A stretch of DNA of 64,000 nucleotides from NCBI GenBank assembly GCA_965197475.1, contig CBDANF010000003.1:2272001-2336000 (forward strand). The letters are read 5' to 3'. Below are positions 1 through 10,462 of this stretch, in pieces. The notes under the pieces were generated by a model that saw nothing but the letters and a program-made list of their open reading frames with translations, was not told the origin of the DNA and ran no database searches. This stretch comes from Candidatus Poribacteria bacterium. GTDB lineage: Bacteria > Poribacteria > WGA-4E > WGA-3G. The translations under genes were made by a program, and so were the position numbers. How positions within the stretch are numbered: the first letter of the stretch is position 1; every line of letters starts with the position of its first letter.

Positions 1-342
1 GCAGACTATGGCGACGGACCGCGTAAGTTAAGAAAAAACCCTGAAGGGTACGGGTTTAATATCACCTTAAGTGATGGTGATATAACACAATTTGCGCAAA
101 CTGCTGTTCCCTGTTTTGATTACGACGACGACGGACAGTCCGACAGACCCTGTAACGACGATGGAAACACATACAGCGTTCAAATCTACGTTAAAACAGG
201 TGAACCGACAATAAGGATTACTATAACGTGGAATCCGCCCCACAACGGTCACAATGCAACATACACTCTTGATAGAAACATTAACATGGCAAAGTATTAT
301 GAGATAGGTTACAGCGAAGACCATACCAGCCAAGAAAGATAA
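1..342 (+). CDS. Hypothetical protein, C-terminal part (5' end outside window)
   Basis: Frame 1 is open from base 1 to TAA at 340-342 (ADYGDGPRKL...EDHTSQER*); same orientation as obgE. Confidence 0.6.
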   Translation, partial: ADYGDGPRKLRKNPEGYGFNITLSDGDITQFAQTAVPCFDYDDDGQSDRPCNDDGNTYSVQIYVKTGEPTIRITITWNPPHNGHNATYTLDRNINMAKYYEIGYSEDHTSQER

Positions 343-400
343 TCTACTAGCGTAAAACACGGAGAAATCTCGGTGTTATGCATTCTGAAGTGCGGCATAT

Positions 401-1684
401 ATGGACACAGCAAGAATCCAGGTCAAGGCAGGCAATGGAGGCAACGGGTGCATCAGTTTTCGCCGAGAAAAATATGTGCCTCGTGGTGGTCCCGATGGTG
501 GTGATGGGGGTAATGGTGGAAACATCATCTTTGTTGCTACCTTGGGGATGAGCACACTGATTGATCTGCATCATAACCCTCGGCAAGTTGCTGAAAACGG
601 GGGACACGGTACCGGCAAGCAGCGATATGGTGCCGATGGCATAGATCGCATCATTAAAGTTCCTGTCGGCACTATCGTCCGAGATTTTGACACAAGTGAG
701 ATGCTTGCAGACCTTACAGAGCCTGACCAAACTGTTGTGGCAGCACGCGGCGGTATCGGCGGCAAAGGCAATTCTCGTTTTAAGAGCAGCACCTTTCAGG
801 CACCGCGTGTTGCAGAAAAAGGTGAACCGGGACAAGAACGCGAGATTAGCCTTGAGGTCAAACTCATTGCCGATGTAGGTTTGGTGGGCTATCCCAACGC
901 TGGAAAATCAACACTACTTACGCGAACCTCTGCCGCTACACCTAAAATCGCATCTTATCCCTTTACAACCCTTATACCAAATTTGGGTGTTGTCCGTATT
1001 GATCAAGAGCAGAATTTTGTACTTGCGGACATCCCTGGGCTGATAGAGGGAGCACATAAAGGCGCAGGTTTGGGTCACCAATTTTTGCGACACATTGAGC
1101 GCACCAAGATGTTGATTCATGTCATTGACCTCAGTGCTACAGATGGTCGTAACCCCATACAAGACTATGAGCAGTTAAACCTTGAACTTGGTCACTACAA
1201 TCATAAGTTGATCGATCTACCCCAATTGATTGCACTCAATAAGATTGATATGCCAGAGGCAGAAGCGAATTTAGCACGTGTACAGGCATATTTCGGTAAG
1301 CGAAAAGTATTCCCTATCTCTGCAATTACGGGTGAGGGCGTGAACGCTTTGATGCAACAAGCATACCGTTCCTTACAGTACCTTGAAGCAAAGGTGCGTA
1401 AAGAAGCAGAAACGACGATTACCTTTGAAGATGAATTGCCACCGGAACCGCGTACACGGTTTGAACTCGAAAAAACTGAGTCAGGGTATGTTGTCAGCGG
1501 AGATGAACCGAGACGCGCTGTTGTGATGACCGACATGGAAAATGAGCAAGCGTTGATGCTACTGTTTCGGAAGTTAAAAAAGATGGGTGTGATAAACGCT
1601 CTCATCCGTGCAGGCATCAAAGAAGGTGATACAATTCTGATTGACAAATTTGAGTTTACCTATAGTCCAAGAATAATTAAGTGA
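401..1684 (+). CDS. obgE: GTPase ObgE/CgtA
   Basis: Gly-rich Obg fold (GGPDGGDGGNGG), G1 GYPNAGKST, YPFTT, DIPG, NKID, C-terminal OCT domain. Confidence 0.98.
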   Translation: MDTARIQVKAGNGGNGCISFRREKYVPRGGPDGGDGGNGGNIIFVATLGMSTLIDLHHNPRQVAENGGHGTGKQRYGADGIDRIIKVPVGTIVRDFDTSEMLADLTEPDQTVVAARGGIGGKGNSRFKSSTFQAPRVAEKGEPGQEREISLEVKLIADVGLVGYPNAGKSTLLTRTSAATPKIASYPFTTLIPNLGVVRIDQEQNFVLADIPGLIEGAHKGAGLGHQFLRHIERTKMLIHVIDLSATDGRNPIQDYEQLNLELGHYNHKLIDLPQLIALNKIDMPEAEANLARVQAYFGKRKVFPISAITGEGVNALMQQAYRSLQYLEAKVRKEAETTITFEDELPPEPRTRFELEKTESGYVVSGDEPRRAVVMTDMENEQALMLLFRKLKKMGVINALIRAGIKEGDTILIDKFEFTYSPRIIK

Positions 1685-1695
1685 AGTAACGCAGA

Positions 1696-2892
1696 ATGGG
1701 AAATTCCGACGAAATTTTTACTAAAGCGCAATCGCGTCAACATGTCAACGAGATTGATCAACATAAGCGGATTCAAAATCGTGAATGTTTATCAAATGTC
1801 CAACGCATTGTTGTGAAAGTTGGCAGTAGCACGATTTCAGACGACTTACGGCTCAATGAAGCTGCGCTTGATGGATTAGTCCACGATTTAGCAACTGTCA
1901 AACAGAAGGGTGTTGAGGTTATTCTTGTTACGTCGGGGGCAATTGCTGCAGGTTGGCCTCACCTCGGCCTTGCCACACGACCACAGACGATACCAAGATT
2001 ACAAGCCTCTGCAGCTGTCGGACAAATTCGGTTAATGGCTGCTTACGAAGAACGTTTCCACCACTATGAACAGTGTCCTGCGCTCATGTTGCTCACCCAA
2101 GACGATTTCTCCGACCGGAAACGTTACACCCGCATGAATGACACTTTGCATACGCTGCTCCAACTCGGTGCAATTCCTATCATCAATGAAAACGACAGTG
2201 TCGCGGTAGACGAAATTAAGGTTGGGGATAACGATACGCTTTCTGCTTATGTAACAAACCTCGCGCAGGCGGATCTCCTTGTCATCCTTTCCGATCAGCA
2301 AGGCTTTTTCACAGAAGATCCGAGGCAAAATCCAGACTCGGAATTGATTCACACCGTCAAAGTTATTTCGGAGGATATCTGGCAAGCTGCAGGGCATGCT
2401 GGCACAGCAAGTGGCACAGGCGGAATGATAACAAAGTTACAAGCCGCAGAGATTGTCACCGCTTCCGGCGAAATGATGGTTATCGCTTACGGACGAGAAC
2501 CGCTTGTTATCACTCGTATCCTAAAAGGTGAGCTGCTTGGCACCCTTTTCCTTCCGAATACCCGTATCTCCGGACGCAAACGATGGATCGCCTACTCGCG
2601 CCCACCCAAAGGTTACCTTGTTGTAGATAACGGCGCACGGGACGCACTTGTGCAAGGTGGAAAAAGTTTACTTCCCGCTGGTATTCGGCGCGTCGAAGGA
2701 CATTTTAATTACAGTGATACGGTCTCGTGTTTCACCGAAAATGGAGTGGAATTCGCTCGAGGCTTGATAAACTATAACTCCACAGAGGTTTCAAAACTCG
2801 CTGGCAAGCAAACGCAAGACATAGAAAAAATCCTCGGGTACCACGATTACGATGAAATCATACATCGAGATAACCTCGTATTGCTCGGTTGA
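1696..2892 (+). CDS. proB: Glutamate 5-kinase with PUA domain
   Basis: VVKVGSS, SGAIAAG, INENDSV, GDNDTLSA, GTGGMITKL, PUA domain ending IHRDNLV. Confidence 0.97.
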   Translation: MGNSDEIFTKAQSRQHVNEIDQHKRIQNRECLSNVQRIVVKVGSSTISDDLRLNEAALDGLVHDLATVKQKGVEVILVTSGAIAAGWPHLGLATRPQTIPRLQASAAVGQIRLMAAYEERFHHYEQCPALMLLTQDDFSDRKRYTRMNDTLHTLLQLGAIPIINENDSVAVDEIKVGDNDTLSAYVTNLAQADLLVILSDQQGFFTEDPRQNPDSELIHTVKVISEDIWQAAGHAGTASGTGGMITKLQAAEIVTASGEMMVIAYGREPLVITRILKGELLGTLFLPNTRISGRKRWIAYSRPPKGYLVVDNGARDALVQGGKSLLPAGIRRVEGHFNYSDTVSCFTENGVEFARGLINYNSTEVSKLAGKQTQDIEKILGYHDYDEIIHRDNLVLLG

Positions 2893-3106
2893 GGAATGAT
2901 AGTAATTATTAGGATATCAACACCTATGGCCGTGTTATTTATTACCCTTTTAATTCCCAATAAATCTAAGAAATAATTAGGGAATCTTTATTCACTGTTT
3001 CTCCAAAACCAACTTTTTTGCTGCATCGGTTATTAGGGTTAACGTATCTCCCTGCGGAGTAGCGGTGGACTGCTAAACATTTTCAGAAAATCATTCCTGA
3101 AATCCG

Positions 3107-3620
3107 CTATAAACTGCTGTTGTGTTCTACATCTGTTATACCAGATGTCATCTCCAAAAAATCTTGAGGTTCAGGGGTTAAGCTCACATCTGTCTCCTCA
3201 TCTGGGATTAAGGATAGGGTCGAATCCTCAACACGATAAGTTCCCGACCAGACCCCAATTACCCCAAACTTACCATCAGGCAGCACTAACCCCGGACCAG
3301 GATACAGATCTCCTCTAAATTCGATCCCATACCAGTTATTTGACCCAATAGAAATTACCGCCAGAAGCTGGCCAGTCAAGAACATACAGATTTTCCGCTT
3401 TTGTTCCATATTTCTTAACTTCATCACGGATATTTGCCCAACGTGCTTGCATTTCATCAGGTTCAAGGTTATTATAGGTTTCTGCATTCTTGTATTCTGG
3501 AACAACCTCCTGCCAGCATGTCATCGCAAGATGCTGTAGACTTTCAATTTTCTTTTGTTGAGGCGTGTGTGTATCTCTAATCACTTCGTCTATTTGGTGG
3601 ATGATTTGTTTCACTGACAT
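3107..3620 (-). pseudogene. Hypothetical protein split by a 1-nt frameshift near 3340
   Basis: ORF 3336..3620 has an AGGAG RBS; removing one A from gtcaaataac joins it to the 3107 frame (NFYWV-NNWYGIEFRG). Confidence 0.5.
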
Positions 3621-3637
3621 TCAGTTTCTCCTTGATA

Positions 3638-4057
3638 TTAACATCTTGCTGTGATGAATGTTCGTTGGTGAATGACTCTCCACCGTACTGAGAAACCTGC
3701 TTTGCTTAGGGCATCACTTATTGGAAACTCGCTAAAGCGTTCCTGTCGTAATAACAATTCGTTTTACCTGCAGACTTTGTGTCTGCTTCACAAAAGCAAT
3801 AGGTTCAACAAATGCTCCCGTTGGTACGGCAACAAAAGGAACATTTGACGCTCGTAGGAATCGGACGTGCGATCCGAAAATAGTCTTCAACTCCACTTCA
3901 ATTAACATTTGCAACGGTTGTATCGATCCAGGATTCAGATCAACGGGTCTAAAATCCGGACGCTGGCTTCGGGATGTGACAAAATTATCCAGAGGTCCTC
4001 CAATGTTTACAACGTGGACTCGTAGTTGTTGACTTTCTATGTTACCTCTACAGCCAT
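3638..4057 (-). pseudogene. Degraded hypothetical gene with two compensating frameshifts
   Basis: ATG 4057 (MAVEVT), then a long open frame IESQQLRVHVV...ITTGT, then FSEFPISDALSKAG...C*; total 420 nt. Confidence 0.3.
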
Positions 4058-4153
4058 AGTCCGATTATTCCGTCCTTAACCCCAGATCTGAAGCATCGCC
4101 TAGGGAGGCACCTACTACAATCCGAACAGAAAAAAACGCATTTAGTTCCGACA

Positions 4154-5293
4154 TCACTCAGTTTGATAGACCTGTTCACGTGAGTGAAACCCATCTTTAA
4201 TAACAACCTCATCAAGATTGTTTTTGTCTACTTGGATAGGCGTGAGTAGAATAGATGGCACATCAATTTTGCCGTTATTAACAGTTTGATCCGCTTTTTG
4301 AATAGACTCTCCGTTTGCGAGTGCAACCGCAGCACGCGCAGCTTCCTTCGCAATTAGGTTAATCGATTTGTATACCGTCATTGTTTGTGTGCCTTTCACA
4401 ATCCGTTGGCAGGCAGCAAGGTCAGCATCCTGTCCAGAGACTAAAACGCTCCCAGCGAGATTCTGTCCCTCAAGCGCTTGGATAACACCGCCTGCTGTCC
4501 CGTCATTGGAGGCAACAACAGCATCTATCTGATTGTTCGTCTGCGTCAAGACCTGCTCTGTCTTGTTGAGCGCGTCGAGTGGATCCCAATTAACTGCCCA
4601 ATGTTTCTGGTCTGCTACAAATTGAATATCGCCTTTATCAATTCCTAATTGCAATGCACGAAGTTGTCCCTTCCGTAGGAGCTTTGCATTATTGTCGCCT
4701 GGGTCACCACCAAGTAGGAAGTAGTTCCCTTTCGGTTTGTGTCGAATTAGATATTCCGCTTGCAGATATCCAACCCGCTCGTTATCAAAAGAGATATAAA
4801 GGTCAGGTTCACTTTCGCGAATCAATCGGTCATAAGCGATGACCTTGATCCCCTCTGCATGCGCGGCTTTTACAATTTGGGCGGAGGCGACACTATCTTG
4901 AGGAATCACGACGAGGACATCAACACCTTGCGTAATCATGTTCTCCGCTTGTTCGTTCTGTTTTCGTTCATCCTCATCGGCAGATTGAACAATAACTTCC
5001 GCACCCAGTTTTTCAGCTTCTGCTACGAAAATATCTCTGTCCTTCGGCCAACGTTCTACGCGTAATGAACTTATGGACAATCCTATTTTAATTTTTTTAT
5101 CCGATGGGTTCGCTTGCTCGCACGGTGTTGTTGAATCAGATTTCTTCGGCGTAGAAGGGTCTGCACAACCTAACAACATCATAGAACAACACATCACAGT
5201 TATGAGTATAGGAAACAAGGAGCTAATTAATACATTTCTGTTTTTATACACAGATTGAATGATTTTGAAATTCATTGATAATTCCTCCAACAT
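4154..5293 (-). CDS. xylF: Sugar (D-xylose-type) ABC transporter substrate-binding lipoprotein
   Basis: Lipobox LLGC; ERWPKDRD, IAYDRLI, SFDNERVG, DNNA, ASNDGTAGG, SGQDADL, QTMTVYK. Confidence 0.85.
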   Translation of the reverse strand: MLEELSMNFKIIQSVYKNRNVLISSLFPILITVMCCSMMLLGCADPSTPKKSDSTTPCEQANPSDKKIKIGLSISSLRVERWPKDRDIFVAEAEKLGAEVIVQSADEDERKQNEQAENMITQGVDVLVVIPQDSVASAQIVKAAHAEGIKVIAYDRLIRESEPDLYISFDNERVGYLQAEYLIRHKPKGNYFLLGGDPGDNNAKLLRKGQLRALQLGIDKGDIQFVADQKHWAVNWDPLDALNKTEQVLTQTNNQIDAVVASNDGTAGGVIQALEGQNLAGSVLVSGQDADLAACQRIVKGTQTMTVYKSINLIAKEAARAAVALANGESIQKADQTVNNGKIDVPSILLTPIQVDKNNLDEVVIKDGFHSREQVYQTE

Positions 5294-6588
5294 TATTCTT
5301 GCTTAGCATCTTCACTTGCGGGTATTGATTTTAGTAAATCCCCTCTTTTCAGGTCATCTTTCTTTTCAACAATCTTAACAACAGAAAGCCTGTCGTTGCG
5401 GATTTCCACAACAGCAACAGTCGCAATTTTCTTTGGCACGTAATCAAGAATGTCACCGGTGTCAACATCGAGAATTGGCTTACCATGTGTATAAACTGCA
5501 AACTTTTGGTCTATAGCTAAACCTCTGGCGGAACCAGCGTTGATATAAATCATATCTGGATTTTCGCTATCAACGTACGTTATTTTAATAGGTCGCTTCA
5601 ACGCTTCTTCGTCTGCTTTCTTCTCCTGCGCTTCACTCGCGACCTGTGTTTCCCAAGGTGTAATAAAGTTAGGACCAAAGTTATCTCGGAGTGCCACAAT
5701 AACCTTAATCAAAGCTTCGTTTGTTACCATACCAAGGAGGGTTCTATCATACTCAGGCGTGGCGAATTTAATTTTATTGAGTTCTGTCGATTTAACAATC
5801 GGACGTATATTTTTACCGTATATCTCTTTCGTCTGCCCAAAACGCAGGTTCGCCCCATCTTCTGTGATAGATGCTTCTAAACCAGCAACCCGTGTTCCAG
5901 CGAGACGGTGGTTACGAGCAGCTGAAATCGGAACAGTTGTAATTTCATTTCCTGACGCGTCATAAAATTTCATATTCAATTTTACTCTAACGCGATATTG
6001 ATAACCCACGGCCGAAAAACCTGTCATATAACTCGCAGTGATCGATGTGGATTGTGATTCTCTGCCGCTATCTGTTAAGGAACGGGAGGCGTCAGCTTTC
6101 ATCCCTGACTGATTGAACTCGCGGATATCCCCTAATACAATAACATCGGCATTGAGGTGTTTGGCAAGTGCTGCCCGTTGGGCTTTGTTAAGTTTTTTCA
6201 AACTATGTCGAGAAAGCGTCATCTTTGCCATTGCATCCAGCAACTCATCGCGTGAAACCGGTTGGTAGACAGTAGTTTCAGCGAGTCTACGTTTGAGCAG
6301 TGTAGCAAAACCTGCTTCCAAATCCCATTTTTTCTTGGTGCCAAATATTTTTCCAATGAAGTTTGGCACGCAACCGCATCCTGTTGACGAATCAAAACGG
6401 CTATGGTCCTCAAAATATAAAACTGCTACGCGTTTTGTGGATGGGTGAGGTTTATTATCTTCCGGTTTTTTATCTTCCGTAGTCGAATTACTTTTATCTT
6501 CCGTAACCGTATTACCCTGAGAAACAGCAACACCCACGAAACTTATGCTAATCCCGATCAAAAATAAAAATAAAATGAAACGTTTCAC
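5293..6588 (-). CDS. Secreted CsgG/HfaB-like protein with FlgT-C-like beta domain
   Basis: Signal peptide; KRVAVLYFED, LNADVIVLGDIREF; C-terminal IYINAGSARGL...DVDTGDIL. Confidence 0.6.
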   Translation of the reverse strand: MKRFILFLFLIGISISFVGVAVSQGNTVTEDKSNSTTEDKKPEDNKPHPSTKRVAVLYFEDHSRFDSSTGCGCVPNFIGKIFGTKKKWDLEAGFATLLKRRLAETTVYQPVSRDELLDAMAKMTLSRHSLKKLNKAQRAALAKHLNADVIVLGDIREFNQSGMKADASRSLTDSGRESQSTSITASYMTGFSAVGYQYRVRVKLNMKFYDASGNEITTVPISAARNHRLAGTRVAGLEASITEDGANLRFGQTKEIYGKNIRPIVKSTELNKIKFATPEYDRTLLGMVTNEALIKVIVALRDNFGPNFITPWETQVASEAQEKKADEEALKRPIKITYVDSENPDMIYINAGSARGLAIDQKFAVYTHGKPILDVDTGDILDYVPKKIATVAVVEIRNDRLSVVKIVEKKDDLKRGDLLKSIPASEDAKQE

Positions 6589-6748
6589 TGTTTTTATCTC
6601 CTTATTTCCAAAATCACACTGTTTTTATTAGTTTATCAACTTTTGGAACATTTATCAAGAGAATTATAGCAAACTTACGTAAAATATTTGACATGAGATT
6701 ATCTAAAACTGAAGTGCTACCGTTTATTCAGACCAAAATTTAGCAAAG

Positions 6749-7578
6749 TTAAGACAAGTTTTTTTGCTCAAATTCCACAGGTGTCAAATACCCTAACGCA
6801 GAGTGAGGGCGTTTGTGATTATACACTTGTGTAATAAAATGCCCAATGCGGGTTCTTGCTTCGTGGATGTCCTCATAGTCATTGAGATGAACTTCTTCTT
6901 CCTTGAGCGTGCGGATAAGTCTTTCAGCATATCCGTTCTCCCAAGGACACCCTCTCCGGGCGACTGAAATCTCAATCCCATGATGCCTAAGCAGTGAGAT
7001 GGACGCATTTGAAAGATATTGAACGCCTTGATCAGAATGATGGATCTCTGGGACACTTTGACATAATGCTGTCTCCAAGGGTTTCAACGTCAGAGATTGC
7101 GTCAAGTGTTGACTGATATGCCACCCTCTGATCATGCGAGTGAAGACATCCATGAGCAGACAAACATAGATAAAGTGTCCTTTGAGGCGGACGTAGGTAA
7201 TATCGCCCACCCAGGCCTGATTACATCGGGAGACATCAAGGTTTTCAAGGCGATTGCTCCAGGGACGCACACCCGCAACGGATGTCGTGGTTTGACAGAC
7301 ACGCTTGACAGAAACCGAGAGGTTGGCGGACTTCATCAATCGGGCAACACGTTTATACCCGATGGTGATCCGTTACGCACCAACAACTGTGTGGGACGCC
7401 TATATCCGTATGTTGGATATAGCAAAGATAACGTCTCTATTTCATCCTGGAGGCCCGCTTCACACGGGGCCTGCTTGGAGTGATAATAGAGGTTGCTTCG
7501 GTTGAAACCGAGTGTCTCACATATCTGCCGAACCGAAAAGTCTGTCCGTAATGCCGTAACCATTTCTCGCTGCTCCAT
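6749..7578 (-). pseudogene. IS3 transposase OrfB (DDE), with an extra frameshift near 7372
   Basis: YGYRR, WVGDITY, HHSDQGVQY, NGYAER..RTLKEE; a 1-nt loss breaks N-G-ITIGYKRVARLM. Confidence 0.85.
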
Positions 7579-7583
7579 CGAGG

Positions 7584-7874
7584 CTAACTCAAGTAAGTTG
7601 AGGCTTTTTTTTGGATGTCAAGTGCCAAGGTCAACCGCCCAACGAGTTGCTCAAGTTGGGCGATCCGCTCCGCAGAGGCATCAGACTGTTTATCAGCGGG
7701 TTCAAAGAGGGTCGCCGCTTTTTCAAGAAGCTGTCGCTTCCACTTTGAAAGTTGTTCATCGCTGAGGTTATGTCGCCGACACACTTCTGCTTGGGAACTT
7801 TCAACGCTGAGAGCCTCAAGAACAACTTCGGCTTTAAACTCGGGGGTGAAGTTTCTTCGTTTTCGTTTCGCCAT
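7584..7874 (-). CDS. IS3 transposase OrfA (HTH)
   Basis: RRNFTPEFKAEVVLE...VCRRHNL...KWK; A8G slippery run at 7604-7612 puts the -1 frame in phase with orfB. Confidence 0.9.
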   Translation of the reverse strand: MAKRKRRNFTPEFKAEVVLEALSVESSQAEVCRRHNLSDEQLSKWKRQLLEKAATLFEPADKQSDASAERIAQLEQLVGRLTLALDIQKKASTYLS

Positions 7875-8044
7875 CGGATACTCCTTTCAAGGAGATGGAT
7901 ATTATACCATAATCTTGTCTTAGAGAGCGGCCCGAATTTCCGGTGGCAGTACAGGTGCAAAACAAGAAAAAATATGAAAATATCTAAAAATTGGCAAAAC
8001 CGCATCAAATTGTGGAAATTTGTAAAGGAAAATAAAAGGGTCTC

Positions 8045-9030
8045 CGCTCATGTCAAGAGTAAGTGCTTTTGACGAGTTTTGCTATAAAATCAACACTGAC
8101 AGCTTTTAGATTCATGACGAACTCACAGATTGCGACGTAACCGGCGAGGAACTTTTTATGAACGCCACGAAAGGGACGAAGGAAGTTTCGCAGCGTCGTC
8201 CAGGCACCTTCAATCGTCCTTGTATGGATCTCGTAAAGACCATCACCGTCTGCGTCTCTTGCCCACTCGCCATCCTTATGGAGAACAATCTCACGGGCGC
8301 GCTGAATACGGTTATAGCCACGCCAACCATCCGTATACACCGTTGAAGTCGGCAACGTCCACTGATGAACGTGTGTTGAAAGCGTCGCAGAATCGGTGTG
8401 CCGCACAACACGTAATCTCAGGAGACCGCTTTCGCGACCTTTCGTCCCAACAATAGGCGGACGATCATTGTCATAAGTCCCATGTCCCCTGCGTTTATTG
8501 CCACGCCGACGCGGCGGATCCGAAGCATCAACGTGCTTATCGCCTTTTTCACCGGCGTTTTGAAACATCTCATCTGTTTCGACTTCAGCATCAGGTAAAG
8601 CAGCTTCGGGTTGTATCTGCTCTGCCGAAGTTTGGAGTTTACGTCTTATAGAAAGAACGGTTTGACGACTTAGACCCAGTTCACACCCGAGTTGTGCACT
8701 TGAAACACCTTGACAGACACCGCGCAAAAGCAGAACGACCTGTGAGGGACGAAACTGCGTGCCAGCAAAGACCGTCCCGGTATAGAGGTTGTAGATGCTC
8801 TCACAGTGTTTGCAGCGATACACTTGTAGACCACTTGTTTCAGTCGGACGGAACTTGCGTGCCTCCGCCACGCTCGCTTGGCATTTTGGGCAACACAGCC
8901 CTTGAAGGTGGAAATGATCCAACACCCACGCTTGAGTTTTTTCTTCATCCAGGAGAGATTGTATTGGAAAGTCCATAGGTAACACGCTAACATAACTTTG
9001 AAAAAATAGCACTTACTTTTTACATGAGCC
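8045..9030 (-). mobile_element. IS1595-family element (986 bp) with 9-bp target duplication
   Basis: IRs CGCTCATGTCAAGAGTAAGTGCT / GGCTCATGTAAAAAGTAAGTGCT; AAGGGTCTC at 8036-8044 and 9031-9039. Confidence 0.92.
8053..8976 (-). CDS. IS1595-family transposase
   Basis: Zn ribbon CPKC..CKHC, HTH, VETDEMF, YTDGWRGY, HTRTIEGAW. Confidence 0.9.
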   Translation of the reverse strand: MDFPIQSLLDEEKTQAWVLDHFHLQGLCCPKCQASVAEARKFRPTETSGLQVYRCKHCESIYNLYTGTVFAGTQFRPSQVVLLLRGVCQGVSSAQLGCELGLSRQTVLSIRRKLQTSAEQIQPEAALPDAEVETDEMFQNAGEKGDKHVDASDPPRRRGNKRRGHGTYDNDRPPIVGTKGRESGLLRLRVVRHTDSATLSTHVHQWTLPTSTVYTDGWRGYNRIQRAREIVLHKDGEWARDADGDGLYEIHTRTIEGAWTTLRNFLRPFRGVHKKFLAGYVAICEFVMNLKAVSVDFIAKLVKSTYS

Positions 9031-9405
9031 AAGGGTCTCTTTCATGAAGTATATCTTAAATCAGACAAAAGGACTCCAGAATTTCATCTTTTATATAAGT
9101 TCAAAAGGTTTAGTTAATTCCTTTTCAACAAGACAATCCCATTTTTTACACTTAATCTACAATAATCCAAGATTCAGATAGAAAAATAATGAATTACCTT
9201 TGATAGCCACTTCAATTTAAACTTTTGACAAACTTTTTACACACCCTATATTTACAGAAAGGCATTCAGCTATCGGTTTCAAGGTTACAAACCTCCAGAT
9301 ATAAATACTTCAAATTAACTTGAAATATCATGAAACGTTTGGTATTATCTTTCGCAATGAGTAGTTTTGGACTTGAGAAAAATTTTAAAAAATCGCTATA
9401 AAGCC

Positions 9406-9434
9406 TTGTGTCCACTGGGTTTATATGGTATAAT
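9406..9434 (+). promoter_or_regulatory. Sigma-70-type promoter for the transposase
   Basis: TTGTGT-N17-TATAAT with extended TG. Confidence 0.55.
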
Positions 9435-9440
9435 ATAGAT

Positions 9441-9512
9441 AAGAAAATAGGGGGTTGGTAGCCCCCTAAATGAACACAAAAAGCGAGTTGCTTTTTGACG
9501 GTTCTAATCTTA
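9441..9512 (-). ncRNA. Predicted ~70-nt antisense RNA to the transposase leader
   Basis: Minus-strand TTGCTT-N18-TATAAT with extended TG (9519-9548); 7-bp hairpin 9448-9468 followed by TTTTCTT. Confidence 0.45.
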
Positions 9513-9571
9513 TCTGGTATTATATCAGAAATCCGTCAGAAAAAGCAACTCCTATTTCAAGGAGTTATCTG

Positions 9572-10453
9572 ATGGATTTGTTGAAGGTGATGGAGCGTTT
9601 TCCCGATCAAGAGAGTTGTATTTCGCATTTAGAGAAGATTCGGTGGCGAGGTAAACCTGTGTGTCCGCATTGTGAAAGCGATCATATAGGAGAACGGACA
9701 GAAACAGAAATCGGTCGTATCGGTCGTTGGAACTGCCACGAGTGCCAAGTGAGTTTCAAGGTGACGTGCAGGTCGGTGTTTCACGGGACAAAGATAGCGT
9801 TACAGAAGTGGTTTTTGGCTATTTCGTTGATAACGAATGCGAAGAAAAGTTTGTCAAGTCATCAACTTGCGCGCGATTTAGACTTGAATCAAAAGACAGC
9901 ATGGTATATCATGACTCGTATCCGTGCTGAAATGGCAAAGAAAGGTAACGTGCTACTACAAGGCATCATAGAGGCAGATGAAACTTACATCGGGGGTAAA
10001 CCTCGTAAGCCTAATAAGAAGGAAGACCACGTGCCTGCCAAGCGTGGACGTGGAACAGAGAAAGACGCTATTATCGGGGCAGTACAGCGGGGCGGGAAAG
10101 TTGTAGCACAACTCGCTAAAGATTTGACAGGACGGACTATTTTAGACTTTATCCGAAGAGTCGTCAAAGTTGAGGATTCGGAGTTGATGACCGATGAGTA
10201 TAAGGCGTATCTCGCTATCGGCAAGGAGATGAAACACCATATCATAGATCATCAAACGCAATTTGTTGAGGGTGATGTCCACACAAACACAATTGAGGGG
10301 TTTTGGAGTCTACTCAAACGAGCTTGGTATGGAAGTCATCACCACTACTGGACTGAATATACGCCCCTGTATGTAGCAGAGGCGTGCTATAAATACAACT
10401 ATAGGAGCATTGACAGTATCTTTGATAAGTTTGTTAATGAAAGTATGCGGTGA
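9572..10453 (+). CDS. IS1595-family transposase
   Basis: AGGAG RBS; CPHC..CHEC, HTH, IEADETYIGG, MTDEYKAY, HTNTIEGFWSLLKR. Confidence 0.93.
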   Translation: MDLLKVMERFPDQESCISHLEKIRWRGKPVCPHCESDHIGERTETEIGRIGRWNCHECQVSFKVTCRSVFHGTKIALQKWFLAISLITNAKKSLSSHQLARDLDLNQKTAWYIMTRIRAEMAKKGNVLLQGIIEADETYIGGKPRKPNKKEDHVPAKRGRGTEKDAIIGAVQRGGKVVAQLAKDLTGRTILDFIRRVVKVEDSELMTDEYKAYLAIGKEMKHHIIDHQTQFVEGDVHTNTIEGFWSLLKRAWYGSHHHYWTEYTPLYVAEACYKYNYRSIDSIFDKFVNESMR

Positions 10454-10462
10454 TGGACACAA

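Larger units (their letters stand above)
6710..7953 (-). mobile_element. IS3-family element (1244 bp)
   Basis: TG..CA ends with imperfect IRs TGAAGTGCTACCGTTTATTCAGACC / TGTACTGCCACCGGAAATTCGGGCC; orfA and orfB present; no target duplication seen. Confidence 0.9.

Noticed and set aside
67-360. Minus-strand 97-aa ORF
   Set aside because: Antisense shadow of the plus-strand frame 1..342
7973-9181. ~70-codon ORF reconstituted by removing the first IS1595
   Set aside because: AT-rich, with no RBS or recognisable motif; likely spurious
9470-9571. N-terminal extension of the transposase in the ORF track
   Set aside because: The SD precedes ATG 9572, and the region is better explained as a structured leader
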